Shown here: in pieces, positions 1-11,889 of the stretch
Position numbering within the stretch: position 1 is the stretch's first letter
Layout of the letters: every line of letters starts with the position of its first letter
DNA from: Torpedo marmorata
Lineage: Eukaryota
Length of the DNA: 64,000 nt
Direction: 5' to 3'
Assembly (NCBI GenBank): GCA_977017645.1
Contig: OZ360234.1
Span: 40,052,001 to 40,116,000, forward strand
Translations under genes and position numbers: made by a program
The notes under the pieces: generated by a model
What the model was told of the DNA's origin: nothing
The model's input: the letters and a program-made list of their open reading frames with translations, nothing else
Databases searched by the model: none

Positions 1-169
1 GTACATGATAGGAACGTTTTTAAGGTGATGTACGTGGTCAGCAGCCCAAAATCCATAAAATACACCCAAACTATTCAGGAAGCAAAATCTTCATTGTCCA
101 GTGTAAGTAAAGATAATTAAAGTCTGCAGAAACTGTGATTGTAGTAAAAACACAAAAATGCTGGTCATG

Positions 170-491
170 NNNNNNNNNNNNNNNNNNNNNNNNNNNNNNN
201 NNNNNNNNNNNNNNNNNNNNNNNNNNNNNNNNNNNNNNNNNNNNNNNNNNNNNNNNNNNNNNNNNNNNNNNNNNNNNNNNNNNNNNNNNNNNNNNNNNNN
301 NNNNNNNNNNNNNNNNNNNNNNNNNNNNNNNNNNNNNNNNNNNNNNNNNNNNNNNNNNNNNNNNNNNNNNNNNNNNNNNNNNNNNNNNNNNNNNNNNNNN
401 NNNNNNNNNNNNNNNNNNNNNNNNNNNNNNNNNNNNNNNNNNNNNNNNNNNNNNNNNNNNNNNNNNNNNNNNNNNNNNNNNNNNNNNNNNN
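170..491. other. Assembly gap (322 N)
   Basis: Run of N from 170 to 491. Confidence 0.99.
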
Positions 492-689
492 GAGGAGGGG
501 GGAGAGGAGGGGGGAGAGGAGGGGGGAGAGGAGGGGGGAGAGGAGGGGGGAGAGGAGGGGGGAGAGGAGGGGGGAGAGGAGGGGGGAGAGGAGGGGGGAG
601 AGGAGGGGGGAGAGGAGGGGGGAGAGGAGGGGGGAGAGGAGGGGGGAGAGGAGGGGGGAGAGGAGGGGGGAGAGGAGGGGGGAGAGGAG
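492..689 (+). repeat. Polypurine 12-bp tandem repeat (GAGGAGGGGGGA)n, about 16 copies
   Basis: Perfect 12-bp periodicity directly after the gap. It explains the Pro-, Glu/Gly- and Gly/Arg-rich ORFs 91-795, 135-695 and 158-733. Confidence 0.95.
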
Positions 690-1734
690 TCATAGGGAGG
701 GGGGAGAGATGGGGGTGGGGTGGGGAGAGGTGAGTAAAGGGAACAGAGAAGTCGATGTCAATGCTATCTGGCCGGTGGGTGCCCAGATGGAACATGAGGT
801 GTTGTTCCTCTCATTTGCGGGAGGCTTCAGTCTGGCAGTGCATGAGATCATGGACAGATAATGCCAGCATGGGCCGGAAATTAGAAGAACAACATCTGAT
901 ATGCTGTCCAACCAGATAGCATTAACATCGACTTCTCCAGTTTCTGTTAGCCTCCCCCCCCACCTCACCCCTTCCCCTATCTCCTTTCCTCCAGCTCTGA
1001 ATTCATAGATCCACCTGCTCCCATGATCAATTCTCACCTTTCCTCTCCTGTGCTCCCATCCATGTCCACTTATGGCTTCTTGGCTTCTTTCCTCTCCTGT
1101 GCTCCGCCCACTGCCATTTCTACCCTCTCCCCCACCTTTTTATTCAGGTGCCTGCCTGCTTTTTGTTCATACCTTGAAGGGCTCAGGCCCGAAACGTTGT
1201 TTATATATCTTTACCTCCTATGGACGCTGTGTGACCTGCTGAGTTCCTCCTTCAAATTTTCCTAGCCTTTTAATCCTTCTTAAATATTCTGTTTCCTTCA
1301 GTAGTTTGGTTGCAATCATTGTACTTATGCCATCCTGCAGCCTTCCTCTGTAATATCCATCAGACCACATTTCTTTCTATTTGTACTCATAATTCGTGTT
1401 TTATTTCAAATGTTCTGTGCCTACAAATGCAGATTCTTTAGTTTTGCCATTTAATTACTTTTGTGACCTCCCTCCTTAGCCACTGATTTACTCCGTCACA
1501 CCATCTCGTACAAAGCATTTAAATAATATTCTCCCTCTATGATGTGTAACAGTGTTTATAGTTTGACATCCAGCTCAGTGACACTATGCTGAATCTCCTT
1601 GAGCTGCTAACACTTACTGTGTATGTCTAGGATCCTACTCATGTCCAAGAGCTTCCACACACTACAGCTATGACACATCACCTGCCTTCCATAATCTGCC
1701 AACTAACGACTTAGTTATTTTATGCAATTAGTTC

Positions 1735-2200
1735 AAGCCAGGATACTGCAGGCCAGTGAGCCTCATGTCAGTGGTGGAAAAGTTATTGGAGGAGATTCTA
1801 GGAGAGATAGGATCTATCTGCATTTGGAAAGGCCAGGGTTGATTAAGGATAGCGTGGCTTTGTGTGTGGGAAATCATGTCTTATAAATTTAATTGAGTTT
1901 TTCAAGAGGTAACAAAGAGGATCGACAAGAGCAGAGCAGTAGAAATTGTCTATGAGGACAAAACTTTTGACAAGGTCCCAGATGGTAGGTTGGTCAAGAA
2001 AGTTAGATCATATGGAATCGAGCGTGAGCCAACCACTTGGATACAAAATTAGCTTGGTGGAAGGAGTGAGAGAATGGTATTGGAGGGTTGTTTGGCAGAT
2101 TGGAAATCCTGTCATGTTCTACAGGGATCACTGATGGGTCACCTGTCATTCATCATCTATATGAACGATTTGGATGAGAGTGTAGATTGCATAATTAGTT
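1735..2200 (+). mobile_element. CR1-type LINE RT fragment, decayed
   Basis: Degenerate NYRPVSLTSVVGKLLE, GFV.GKSCLTNLIEFF, FDKVP and IYMNDLD motifs with frameshifts; resembles the 6141-7821 copy. Confidence 0.7.
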
Positions 2201-3449
2201 AACTTCTTTCCCTGACTTCTGGCATCCTGTTGAAAGCAGGACTCACTTTTACTGATAACCTGTAAGTCAGATATTTCTCAGGAAAGTATCTGAAATATCT
2301 CTCCAGATTCTGGTTCTTAGATCAAATGCAACAGGTGGTCTTTTGGATTCTGCAGCTCCAGAACCAAGTGAACATTATATGAGAGATCACAGGCTTCCCT
2401 AAAAATGAGAGTCCAAAAGAGGAAGCAAACATGTTGAAATGGTGTTTATCTGGTTCAGTCCAGGTACTTTATGCAGAGCCATATTACTTCACCCATCTGC
2501 TTTGGAGGAACAGTTTCACTCCTAATCAAGCTTTAGCAAGCCAGCTGGGCACCAATTCCCAACATTTTCCTTTCAACAAGAAGAAATCAAGTACAAAACC
2601 AAATAAATCGCCACTTATTAACTGAAAGTCTATTTTTTGTTGTTGTCAGAAATGACATATTTCCTGTTTTATTTATCCCTCTCACGTTGACAATGATTAC
2701 TGCACAGAGTGGTTACATATATCTGTGTAAATAAGAATCATGATAAAGGTTAATCCTGACAGATTGAAACCATAAAATAATCATCACAGACAGCAGGAGT
2801 TGGATGATGAATGTGGCAGATTCCAGTTAGTTCAATCAATTCAGTGCAAGAGACGTGGATTAAAAATGTTTGGATTAATTTATTCCTCAGCTGACACTGA
2901 AACATACAGTAAATGCAGTGACAAATCGTGAGTTCCTCCTATCTAATTTTGACTTTTACTCAAATGGCCTCTAAGTGAGCAGATAAGATAATCCAGAAAT
3001 AATGCACTTCATATTGAGAAGTCTACTTATATTTTTCCAGTACCTGTCTGTGTAGCAGATGTCACAACAAGCCACCAATAGCAAGTATATTTTGAGAGGC
3101 ATTCAGATCACATAGGTATCATTTTAATGCCATGACAAGCAGATCGATGCATCTGATGTTTCTATGACTGAGTTGCTGGTATTCATTGAGAAGATCATTA
3201 TGCTATACTTTAAAGGATAACCAATGTCAAATATTCAAATTTTGGATTTAAGTTTTTATAAAAATGTATTCTCATGTAAGATGTAGACTTATTTGGGGAT
3301 ACCAAATCTTAATTTCCAACATTAATTGCCCTTGAAATGGGAAAAGTTGATCACATTCGTGCATCTGGAGTCACATGTAAAACTGATTAGATTTGGATGG
3401 CAGATTAGAGAAACCAGAAATTGCAGATGCTGTAATCTTGAGCAAAGAA

Positions 3450-4168
3450 TGAGCAAACAACCTTGCACTCAACGTTAGCAAAACCAAGGAGATGATTGTG
3501 GACTTCAGGAGGAAGTCAGGAGTACATGAACCAGTCCTCACCGAGGGCTCAGTGGTGGAGAGAGTCAAGAACCAAATTCCTGGCTGTCAACATCTCCGGG
3601 GACCCGACCTGGAGCCTCCATGTTGATGCAATCATGAAGGCGGCTCGCCAACAGCTATACTTTGTGAGGTGTTTGAGAAGATTCGATACGTCACTGAAGA
3701 CTCACAAAAACTTCTACAGGTGTACTGTGGAAAGCATTCTGGCTGGTTGCATCACTGTCTGGTATGGAGGTGCCAACGCTCAGGGCAAGGAAAAGCTCCA
3801 GAGCATTGTTAACTCGGTCTGCAACATCACGGGCACCAGTCTTCACTCCTCAAGGACATCTACGAGAGGCTTAAGAAAGCAGCCTCTATCCTCAAGGACC
3901 CCCACCACCCATACCTTCATGCTACCTTCGGGAAAAAGGTACAGGAGCCTGAAGACGAGCACTCAATGGCACAAGGACAGCTTCTTCCCCACTGCCATCA
4001 GATTCCTGAATATCAATGAACCAAAGACACTGCCTTACTTTGACTTTTCGTGCACTACTTTTATTTATTTTTGTAAGGTGGTTTATATACTGTAAATGTT
4101 TGCACTCTGATGCTGCCGCAAAACAACGAATTTTGTGATTTATTTATGAGAATAAATTCTGATTCTGA
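3450..4168 (+). mobile_element. Rex1/Babar-type LINE 3' fragment
   Basis: NNLALNVSKTKEMIVDFR, ARQQLYFVRCLRRF, LPSGKRYRS motifs; tail AATAAATTCTGATTCTGA. Confidence 0.8.
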
Positions 4169-4169
4169 G

Positions 4170-6080
4170 AAGCTAGAGTGATTCAGTGAGTCAGGCATCA
4201 TCAATGGAGACAAATGGACAGTCAACGTTTCTGGACATGATTCTTTTATGAGACCAAGGTGAAAAGAGGAGATAATGAGCAGAAAAGCAGGGGAGAATGG
4301 CTAGGAGGATCTAAGAGGTAATAGGATACTGAACAGGTGAAGCTGGAAGAGATCAGAGGTAGGGGAATATAGATGGAAACCACTGGGGGAAGGGGGGGTG
4401 AACAACCAGTACTGGAATGGGCTTGGAGAATGGGAACACTGTATTTGACCGCATATAAGACCCCCATTTTTTCCCAAAAAGAAAATCGCCTCAAAAACCA
4501 CCCCGGGTCTTATACGCGAAGGTGACATTTTGGTGCCGCCATTTTGGGCACCGAGTGGAGTCCAGGAAGCGGGCCCGCAGCTTCGCGGACCACCTTCCCT
4601 TGGGTGGCCCGTGCTTTCTGGAGTCGCTGCCACCACTCACTTCCCCCGGTAAGATGGCTCGCTCTCTCCCTCTTTCCCGCCCGCTCTCCCTCCCATTCGC
4701 TCTCCCCGCCCACCCTCGCCCGCTTTATCTCCGCCCTCGCCCCGCTCTCCCCTCACCTGCTCGCTCTCCCCGCCCGCGAGCTCCCCGCCCTTGCTCTCAC
4801 CAACAGTACTTTGAGGGGAGCGCTGGGCCTTGATGATCAGGTTTTGTTCGACGAGCATGGGCCCTCGAGCAAATTGAATGAGGCGCGGGGGCGGGTGGCA
4901 GTGAGCGAGCAGCCTGTCAAGCTCAGTTCAACAGGCCGCTCGCTCACTGCCACCCGTCCCCGCGCCTCATTCAATCTGTTCGGGGGGCCGTGCGCATTGA
5001 ACAAAGGCTCAGCGTGGAGCCTGATCACCGAGACCCAACGCTCCCCTCAAAGCAAAGCAAACGATCGATTGTCTGCTCCCCGCGATGGTGGGCTGGGCCC
5101 TACCCGTTGTCCTGGCTTCTCTCCCTCCCACCTTCGCGCGCCCACAGGTCCTGGCACACCTGTCAATCAATTAGCGTTTGGACGGTGGGGGGAAGCAGCC
5201 TGAGCCTCGACGTGCGGCGGGCAGGAGGACGTGTTGCTGCTGTGAAGGTAAATACACTAAAACAATTTTTTCCTGAAATCTCACGCTAAAAATGGGGGGT
5301 CCTATATGCCAGTGGGTCCTAAATGCCGTCAATTACGGTACATGGAAAACAGATGGAGAACAGTGGAACTGGATTAAGGTGGAGGTTACCTGAAAATTAA
5401 AAAATCAATGTTCATACCATGGAGTTGTAAGCCACACACACACACAATATTATGTGCTTTTTTTATAGTTTGTATGTGGTCTTGCACTGGCAATGCATGA
5501 GGCGGAGAACAGAAATGTCTGCATGGGAATGGGAAGAGGATTTAAAATTGCTGGCAACCTGGAGTTCCAGCTGGCCTATTAGGGCAGAACGCTTTACAAA
5601 GCAGTCACCCAATCTGCAGTTGGTCTCACCAATATAGAGGAGGCCACAAATACAACAGATGAGGTTGGAGGAGGTGCATGTAAAACTTTGCTCACTTCAA
5701 AGGGCTGTTTATATTCTTGGTTAGAGGTGCGGAGGTGGTGCAGTGACGTCTACTATGTTTGCAGTGGGATGTTCCTTGGTGTTGATGGGAAGGGAGAAGA
5801 ACCCGAGGGAGTCATGGAGAGAGTGATCCCTGTGGAAAGCAGAAAAGGGTGGGGAGGGCAAGATGCATCTGGTAGTGAAATCAGATTGTTTTTGTTGTCA
5901 GAAGTGTTGAGGAATGATGTGCTGGTGTGGATACTCATGATGCAAAAAGTTAGGACCGATCTACCTGAAATAGAGGAAATGCAAGTAAGGGCTTTATCAA
6001 TGACTGGAGAGGAAGCCACATTTCTTGAAGGAGGAGACTATTTTGAATGTCCTGGAGTGGAAGTCCTCATTCTGAGAACA
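4170..6080 (-). mobile_element. Old Penelope-like fragment interrupted by a DNA MITE
   Basis: Degenerate PLE tail at 4170-4250 and GIY-YIG/RT remnants at 5390-6075 on the minus strand. Confidence 0.6.
4439..5338. mobile_element. Non-autonomous Tc1/mariner (Tc2/pogo-like) MITE, ~900 bp
   Basis: Imperfect TIRs CTGTATTTGACCGCATATAAGACCC / GGGTCCTAAATGCCGTCAATTACGG, flanked by CA (possibly mutated TA) and TA. CpG-rich interior without a transposase. Confidence 0.75.
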
Positions 6081-6140
6081 TTTTTTATTTATTTAATTTT
6101 TTTTTTTTAAATTTAGACATACAGCACAGTAACAGGCCAG

Positions 6141-7821
6141 AAAAAAGTACCATGCCTGAGGACTGGGAGAAATTCAGAGTCCAGCAGAGGAGGACAAAGG
6201 GCTTAATTAGGAAAGGGAAAAAGATTATGAGAGAAAGCTGGCAGGGAACATAAAAGCTTTTACAGATATGTGAAGAGAAAAAGATTAGTTAAGGCAAATG
6301 TAGGTCCCTTACAGACAGAAATAGGGAATTGATCATGGGGAACAAGGACATGGCAGACCAATTGAATAACTACTTTGGTTCTGTCTTCACTCAGGAGGAC
6401 ATAAATAATATTCCGGAAATAGTAGGGGACCAAAGGTCTAATGGGATGGAGGAACTGAAGGAAATACATGTTAGTCAGGAAGTTGTGTTAGGTAAATTGA
6501 AGGGATTAAAGTCAGATAAATCCCCAGGGCCAGATAGTCTGCATCCCAGAGTGCTTAAGGAAGTAGCCCCAGAAATAGTGGATGCATTAGTGATAATTTT
6601 TCAAAACTCTTTAGATTCTGGAGTAGTTCCTGAGGATTGGAGGGTAGCTAAAGTAACCCCACTTTTCAAAAAGGGAGGGAGAGAGAAAACGGGGAATTAT
6701 AGTCCAGTTAGCCTGACGTCGGTAGTAGGGAAAATGCTAGAGTCAGTTATTAAAGATGTGATAGCAGCACATTTGGAAAGCGGTGAAATCATCGGACAAA
6801 GTCAGCATGGATTTATGAAAGGAAAATCATATCTGACGAGTCTTATAGAATTTTTCGAGGATGTAACTAGTAGAGTAGATAAGGGAGAACCAGTGGATGT
6901 GGTATATTTGGATTTTCAAAAGGCTTTTGATAAGGTCCCATACAAGAGATTAGTGTGCAAACTTAAAGCACACGGTATTGGGGGTATGGTATTGATGTGG
7001 ATAGAGAATTGGTTGGCAGACAGGAGGCAGAGAGTGGGAATAAACGGGTCCTTTTCAGAATGGCGGGCAGTTACTAGCAGGGTACCGTAAGGCTCGGTGA
7101 TTGGACCCGTTATTTACAATATATATTAATGATTTAGACAAGGGGATTGAATGCAACATCTCCAAGTTTGCGGATGACACGAAGCTGTGCGGCAGTATTA
7201 GCTGTGAGGAGGATACTAAGAGGATGCAGGGGGACTTGGATAGGTTGGGTGAGTGGGCAAATGCATGGCAGATGCAGTATAATGTGGATAAATGTGAGGT
7301 TATCCACTTTGGTGGCAAGAACAGGAAAGCAGATTATCTGAATGGTGGCCAATTAGGTAAAGGAGAGGTGCAACGAGACCTGGGTGTCATTGTACACCAG
7401 TCTTTGAAAGTGGGCATGCAGGTAAAGCAGGCAGTGAAAAAGGCGAATGGTATGTTGGCATTTATAGCAAGGGGATTCGAGTACAGGAGCAGGGAGGTTC
7501 TGCTGCAATTGTACAGTGCCTTGGTGAGACCACACCTGGAGTATTGTGTACAGTTTTGGTCTCCTAATCTGAGGAAAGACATTCTTGCCATAGAGGGTGT
7601 GCAGAGAAGATTCACCAGATTGATTCCTGGGATGGCAAGACTTTCATCTGAAGAAAGACTTGGCCGACTAGGCTTACACTTGCTGGAATTTTGAACATTG
7701 AGGGGGGATCTTATTGAAACATATAAAATTCTTAAGGGATTGGATAGGCTAGATGCAGGAGGATTGTTCCCGATGTTGGGAAAGTCTAGAACCAGGCGTC
7801 ACAGTTTAAGGATACAGGGGG
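6141..7821 (+). mobile_element. CR1 LINE ORF2 (RT) fragment, truncated at both ends, pseudogenised
   Basis: ORFs 6329-7090 and 7101-7694: KSPGPD, QHGF.KGKS.LT.LIEFF, YLDFQKAFDKVP, KFADDTK, RPHLEYC.QFWSP. Stop in the VPQGS motif. A SINE tail remnant (6105-6139, minus) abuts its 5' end. Confidence 0.92.
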
Positions 7822-9253
7822 CAACCACTGAACTCTTATTTTCATCACTTTGGGAAATGTGACTGTGCAGAAAACATAGAAATTTAATTATGATTTTGAT
7901 GAAAATCTCTTTCTGCCTAGTAACTTATTATTAAAACTGACTTGAGAGGTTTGAGTAATTTTGTTACTGGCTGTCCTTTATGTTTCCTTGCTTTCCTTCC
8001 GTCCTTCAGCTTTGTACATTCCATCATCTTTGTTCATATTGATAGCATATCAGCATAACATGCTGCATTACCAGCTCCTGCAGATTGAATCCATCCAAAA
8101 ATTACCATGTCATAGCATTTTCCAATCTAGTGCAGATATACAAGCCTCAGCATTATCAAACAATTTATGTGATGAACACCTCAACTAAAAAAAAGTAATC
8201 TTCCCTTGAATATGAAAGCATGCTAGAGTAGAGTCACATTCTGCTTTTGTTATCGTGCACATGCCATTACATTCCAGATGGGAAGGAAATTAAAATGGTA
8301 ACTTTCAATGAGATTACAAAAGTGGTAACGTAATATATACATGGCAATCTAAAAGCAAAATATGGAATTCTAATTGCTTATACATTCCAAGACAAAAATA
8401 GCTTCTGGACAATGAGAATAAATCATGTGGCTATTTTTATTAACCAAATGCATAGTGTTTATTGCAATAGAAATGATATGATACATTGCAGCTGTTGCTG
8501 TAAGTGTATATACCTTCTGAAATTGGGAAGGTATAGAATTAGCTGTTAGAAGTACTGTCTTGCTTCTGTTTCTGCTATTCTTCTCTCTCATCACTGATAG
8601 ACGCAGAGGAAAACATCTATTGCTCGAAATTTAGCCTAATTAGCCTATTATTTACATCAGGAAAAACAATGCATATGACCGCAATACCTCCTTTGCATTT
8701 ATGGGTCAAATTTTGATTCTATAAATGTTCTATGATTTGTGTTTAGTAATAACTAGTTATTCCATTTATGCATCAGTGATTAGCATCCATGATTACTGGA
8801 GGTATGCCTTATGTTGCTTTTAAGATGTCATGCATCATCTACATCTGTTCTCTCACAAAGATTCTGATTTCTCATGAACGCAGTTTTTTTTTTTTTTTTA
8901 CCTTCAATAAGGTAGAGATGCTGCTGCCCAAGCTCGAAAGCATGAATCCTAAAGAATCAGCATTTGTCGAAAAGAACCAGCGCAACTTCACGCTGAGATG
9001 AAGGACGTTGCAGCAGACCTGGTGGAGGAAGTCTTTGTTTTTGTCAAGGCACTGGACATTCTGTAAGGTTGCATTATTGCAACAAATGGTTGAGGGCAAT
9101 GTGCAGCATCACTGACAAGAAGATTCATGAGATACACTAAATCTGGTTTGTATTACTTTGTGTACCACCCAGCCAAAGAACAGCAAAAATTTTGTTATGC
9201 CTTTAATATGTATTCCCATTATGATTTCATTTACAACCCCCTTGCTGTTGCCC

Positions 9254-9515
9254 TGATAGGCCTATCAATAATACTCGAAAGACGATGAGTAGAATACGAA
9301 CAGTCGGCTTTTATTATCTATAATTGAAGCTACAGTTGACCTGCTGATCTATCCCGGACTGAGGGTGGAGCAGTGGCACAAGAGCCTTTATTCGGGGGAG
9401 GAAGGGGGAGCAGTTACCGGGACAGCCAGGAAAGGGGAGGAGCCACCGGGACAGACAGCAGGACATGCCCATACTAATCCCCAGCCCACAATACACATAA
9501 CAGTGGTTTACCACA
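9254..9515 (-). repeat. 3' LTR of the Gypsy element
   Basis: Direct repeat of 11628-11889, preceded on the minus strand by a polypurine-like tract. Confidence 0.93.
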
Positions 9516-9620
9516 TTCACCCATCCTTTTTAAAAAGAGTCCAACGGGGTGACGTGGCCACTGTGATTATTTACAAAATACAAAACGGAAGATATATATA
9601 CAGATATACACATTCAAAAT

Positions 9621-10626
9621 TTACAGGTCGAGCCGATCAGGCGGTCTGATCCGCCGCTGCGACCTGCGCAGTACCCGCGGTGACAGGGCGGGTTGTGGTG
9701 GTGGTGGAGATGGCAGGATGGTCTGCAGGGTTGCCTCCTGCCTGGCTTCTTGTGGCACATTCGGCCCTGGCAAGGGTGCTGGAGCTGCCGTGCTGGGGGG
9801 GGTGGGGAGGGGCTGCGACAAGTGGTCTTCCATGTCGAGGGCTTCTCCCGGCGCTCATGCGGGCGCCAGGTCGCGAATTGACACGGTGTCTTCCCGCCCA
9901 TCAGGGAAGACCACGTAGGCATATTGCGGGTTAGCGTGTGCTAACTGCACCCTCTGGACCATCGGTTCGTACTTGCTGCTCCGAAGGTGCTTGCGGAGCA
10001 GCACAGGTCCCGGGGACGTCAGCTAGGCAGGTAGGGTGGTTCCGGTGGTCAATTTCCTGGGGAAGGCGAAAATTCGTTCGTGAGGGGTTGAATTTGTGGA
10101 CGTGCACAGCAGGGACCGGATAGAGTGGAGGGCTTCGGGGAGGACCTCTTGCCAGCGGGAGACCAGCAGTCCCTTGGACTTGAGAGCCAAGAGCGCGGCC
10201 TTCCAGACAGTGGCGTTCTCCCTTTCCACTTGTCCGTTTCCCCGTGGGTTGTACCCTGTGGTCCTACTAGTGGCGATGCCCCAGGCCTGCAGGTACTGTC
10301 GCAGCTCCTCGCTCATAAAAGCTGATCCCCGGTCGCTATGTATATAGCTCGGGAAACCAAATAGCGTAAATACCTGGCGAAGAGCTTTAATGGCAGAGGT
10401 AGCCGAAGTATCGGGGCAGGGAATGGCAAAGGGGAACCGCGAGTACTCATCAATGATGTTGAGGAAGTACACATTGCGGTCCATGGAGGGAAGTGGGCCC
10501 CTTGAAGTCGATGCTGAGACGTTCAAAAGGGCGGGTGGCTTTGACCAGCTGAGCCTTGTCGGGGCGGTAGAACTGTGGTTTGCACTCCGCGCAGACCCGA
10601 CAACTGCTGGTCATTGTCCTGACCTC
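9621..10626 (-). pseudogene. Gypsy integrase with frameshift and stops
   Basis: CRVCAECKP, PFERLSIDFKGP, IDEYSRFPFA, HSDRGSAF, YNPRGNGQVERENA; C-terminus LRRSQRRIRPPDRLDL; no chromodomain. Confidence 0.88.
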
Positions 10627-11604
10627 TTACAGGGAGTAGGGCAGATTCCTGGCTTTCACAAAGTGGAACAGCCTGGTAACTCCTGGGTGACAGAGGTCAC
10701 ACTGGATGGAGTACAATCGGTTGATCTGCGCGCTGGCGCACGATCCCCGGGATAGAGCATCAGAGGGCTCATTGAGCTTCCCGGGCCGGTACAGGATATC
10801 ATAATTGTAGGTGGAGAGCTCTATTCTCCACCTCATGATCTTATCGTTTTTGATCTTACCCCGCTGCTGGGTGTTAAACATAAACGCAACAGAGCGTTGA
10901 TCTGTCAGCAGGGTAAAATGCTTACCGGCGAGATAGTGCCTCCAGTGCCTAATAGCCTCCACTATGGCCTGGGCCTCTTTCTCAACCGCGGAGTGCCGAA
11001 TTTCGGGGCCTTGGAGGGTCCATGAGAAGAACGCCACCGGTCTTCCCGCCTGGTTGAGGGTAGCAGCCAGCGTGAAGTCCGATGCGTCACTCTCCACCTG
11101 GAAAGGTGTCGATTCATCCACCGCGTGCATTGTTGCTCGGGCAATGTCCCCTTTTATAAGGTCGAAAGCCTTACGCGCCTCTGATGCGAGGGGAAACGTG
11201 GTGGACTTGACAAGGGGTCGGGCTTTATCGGCATAATTAGGGACCTGGCGCCCGCAGGAGCGCCGGGAGAAGCCCTCGACATGGAAGACCACTTGTCGCA
11301 GCCCCTCCCCGGGCCGCTGATGCCGCGTTGATAGCCGGTGCCTTGCATGGACCGCGTTAACTGGCGTTATATAGATTCTTTTCAGGGCGTCCATAGCCTC
11401 CACGTAGGTTTTACAATCCCGAATCGTTGAAAATACCCGAGGGCATACCCTGGACACGAGGACCGTCTGTTTCTCGTCCTCGCTTTCCGCCTTGATCGTC
11501 CTTAAGAAGGACTCAAAACAACGCAGCCAGTGTTCGAATGAATTACCGGCGTCTGGGGCTAGAGGATCGATGTCCAACCTGTCCGATCTCAGGGCGCTCT
11601 CCAT
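10627..11604 (-). pseudogene. Gag N-terminus fused to RNase H and integrase zinc-finger start
   Basis: Gag: RLDIDP...FEHWLRCF...ARHRLSTRHQRPGE. RNase H: ESDAS, GRPVAFFS, EKEAQAIVEAIRHWRHYL, TDQRS, Y.PGK.N..SDALSR. Premature stop after NLPYSL. Confidence 0.88.
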
Positions 11605-11627
11605 CAGATACTTATAGATAATAAAAT

Positions 11628-11889
11628 TGATAGGCCTATCAATAATACTCGAAAGACGATGAGTAGAATACGAACAGTCGGCTTTTATTATCTATAATTG
11701 AAGCTACAGTTGACCTGCTGATCTATCCCGGACTGAGGGCAGAGCAGTGGCACAAGAGCCTTTATTCGGGGGAGGAAGGGGGAGGGGTTACCAGGACAGC
11801 CAGGAAAGGGGAGGAGCCACCGGGACAGACAGCAGGACATGCCCATACTAATCCCCACCCCACAATACACATAACAGTGGTTTACCACA
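11628..11889 (-). repeat. 5' LTR of the Gypsy element
   Basis: Direct repeat of 9254-9515; lies upstream of the gag ATG at 11604. Confidence 0.93.

Larger units (their letters stand above)
106..1262. mobile_element. Penelope-like element remnant, inverted (minus arm to ~860, plus arm ~870-1262)
   Basis: Degenerate GIY-YIG-terminal motif (KLEEQHLI...PDGINIDF-like) on both strands around 740-940. PLE terminus AAGTCTGCAGA...GTAGTAAAAACACAAAAATGCTGG at 106-164. Degenerate hammerhead-like motif at 1173-1198. Confidence 0.75.
9254..11889 (-). mobile_element. Ty3/Gypsy LTR retrotransposon, internally deleted (no PR/RT), non-autonomous
   Basis: Two 262-bp LTRs (TG...CA; about 6 differences by eye). 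TSD TGCCC/TGCCG with 1 mismatch. Order gag-N, RNase H, integrase. Purine-rich tract AAAAAGGATGGGTGAA before the 3' LTR. Confidence 0.93.

Noticed and set aside
91-795. Pro-rich, Glu/Gly-rich and Gly/Arg-rich ORFs
   Set aside because: Translations of the 12-bp tandem repeat and the N gap.
4301-5289. Cluster of overlapping ORFs, including one with an apparent internal repeat
   Set aside because: Arise from a GC-rich palindromic MITE; no protein motifs.
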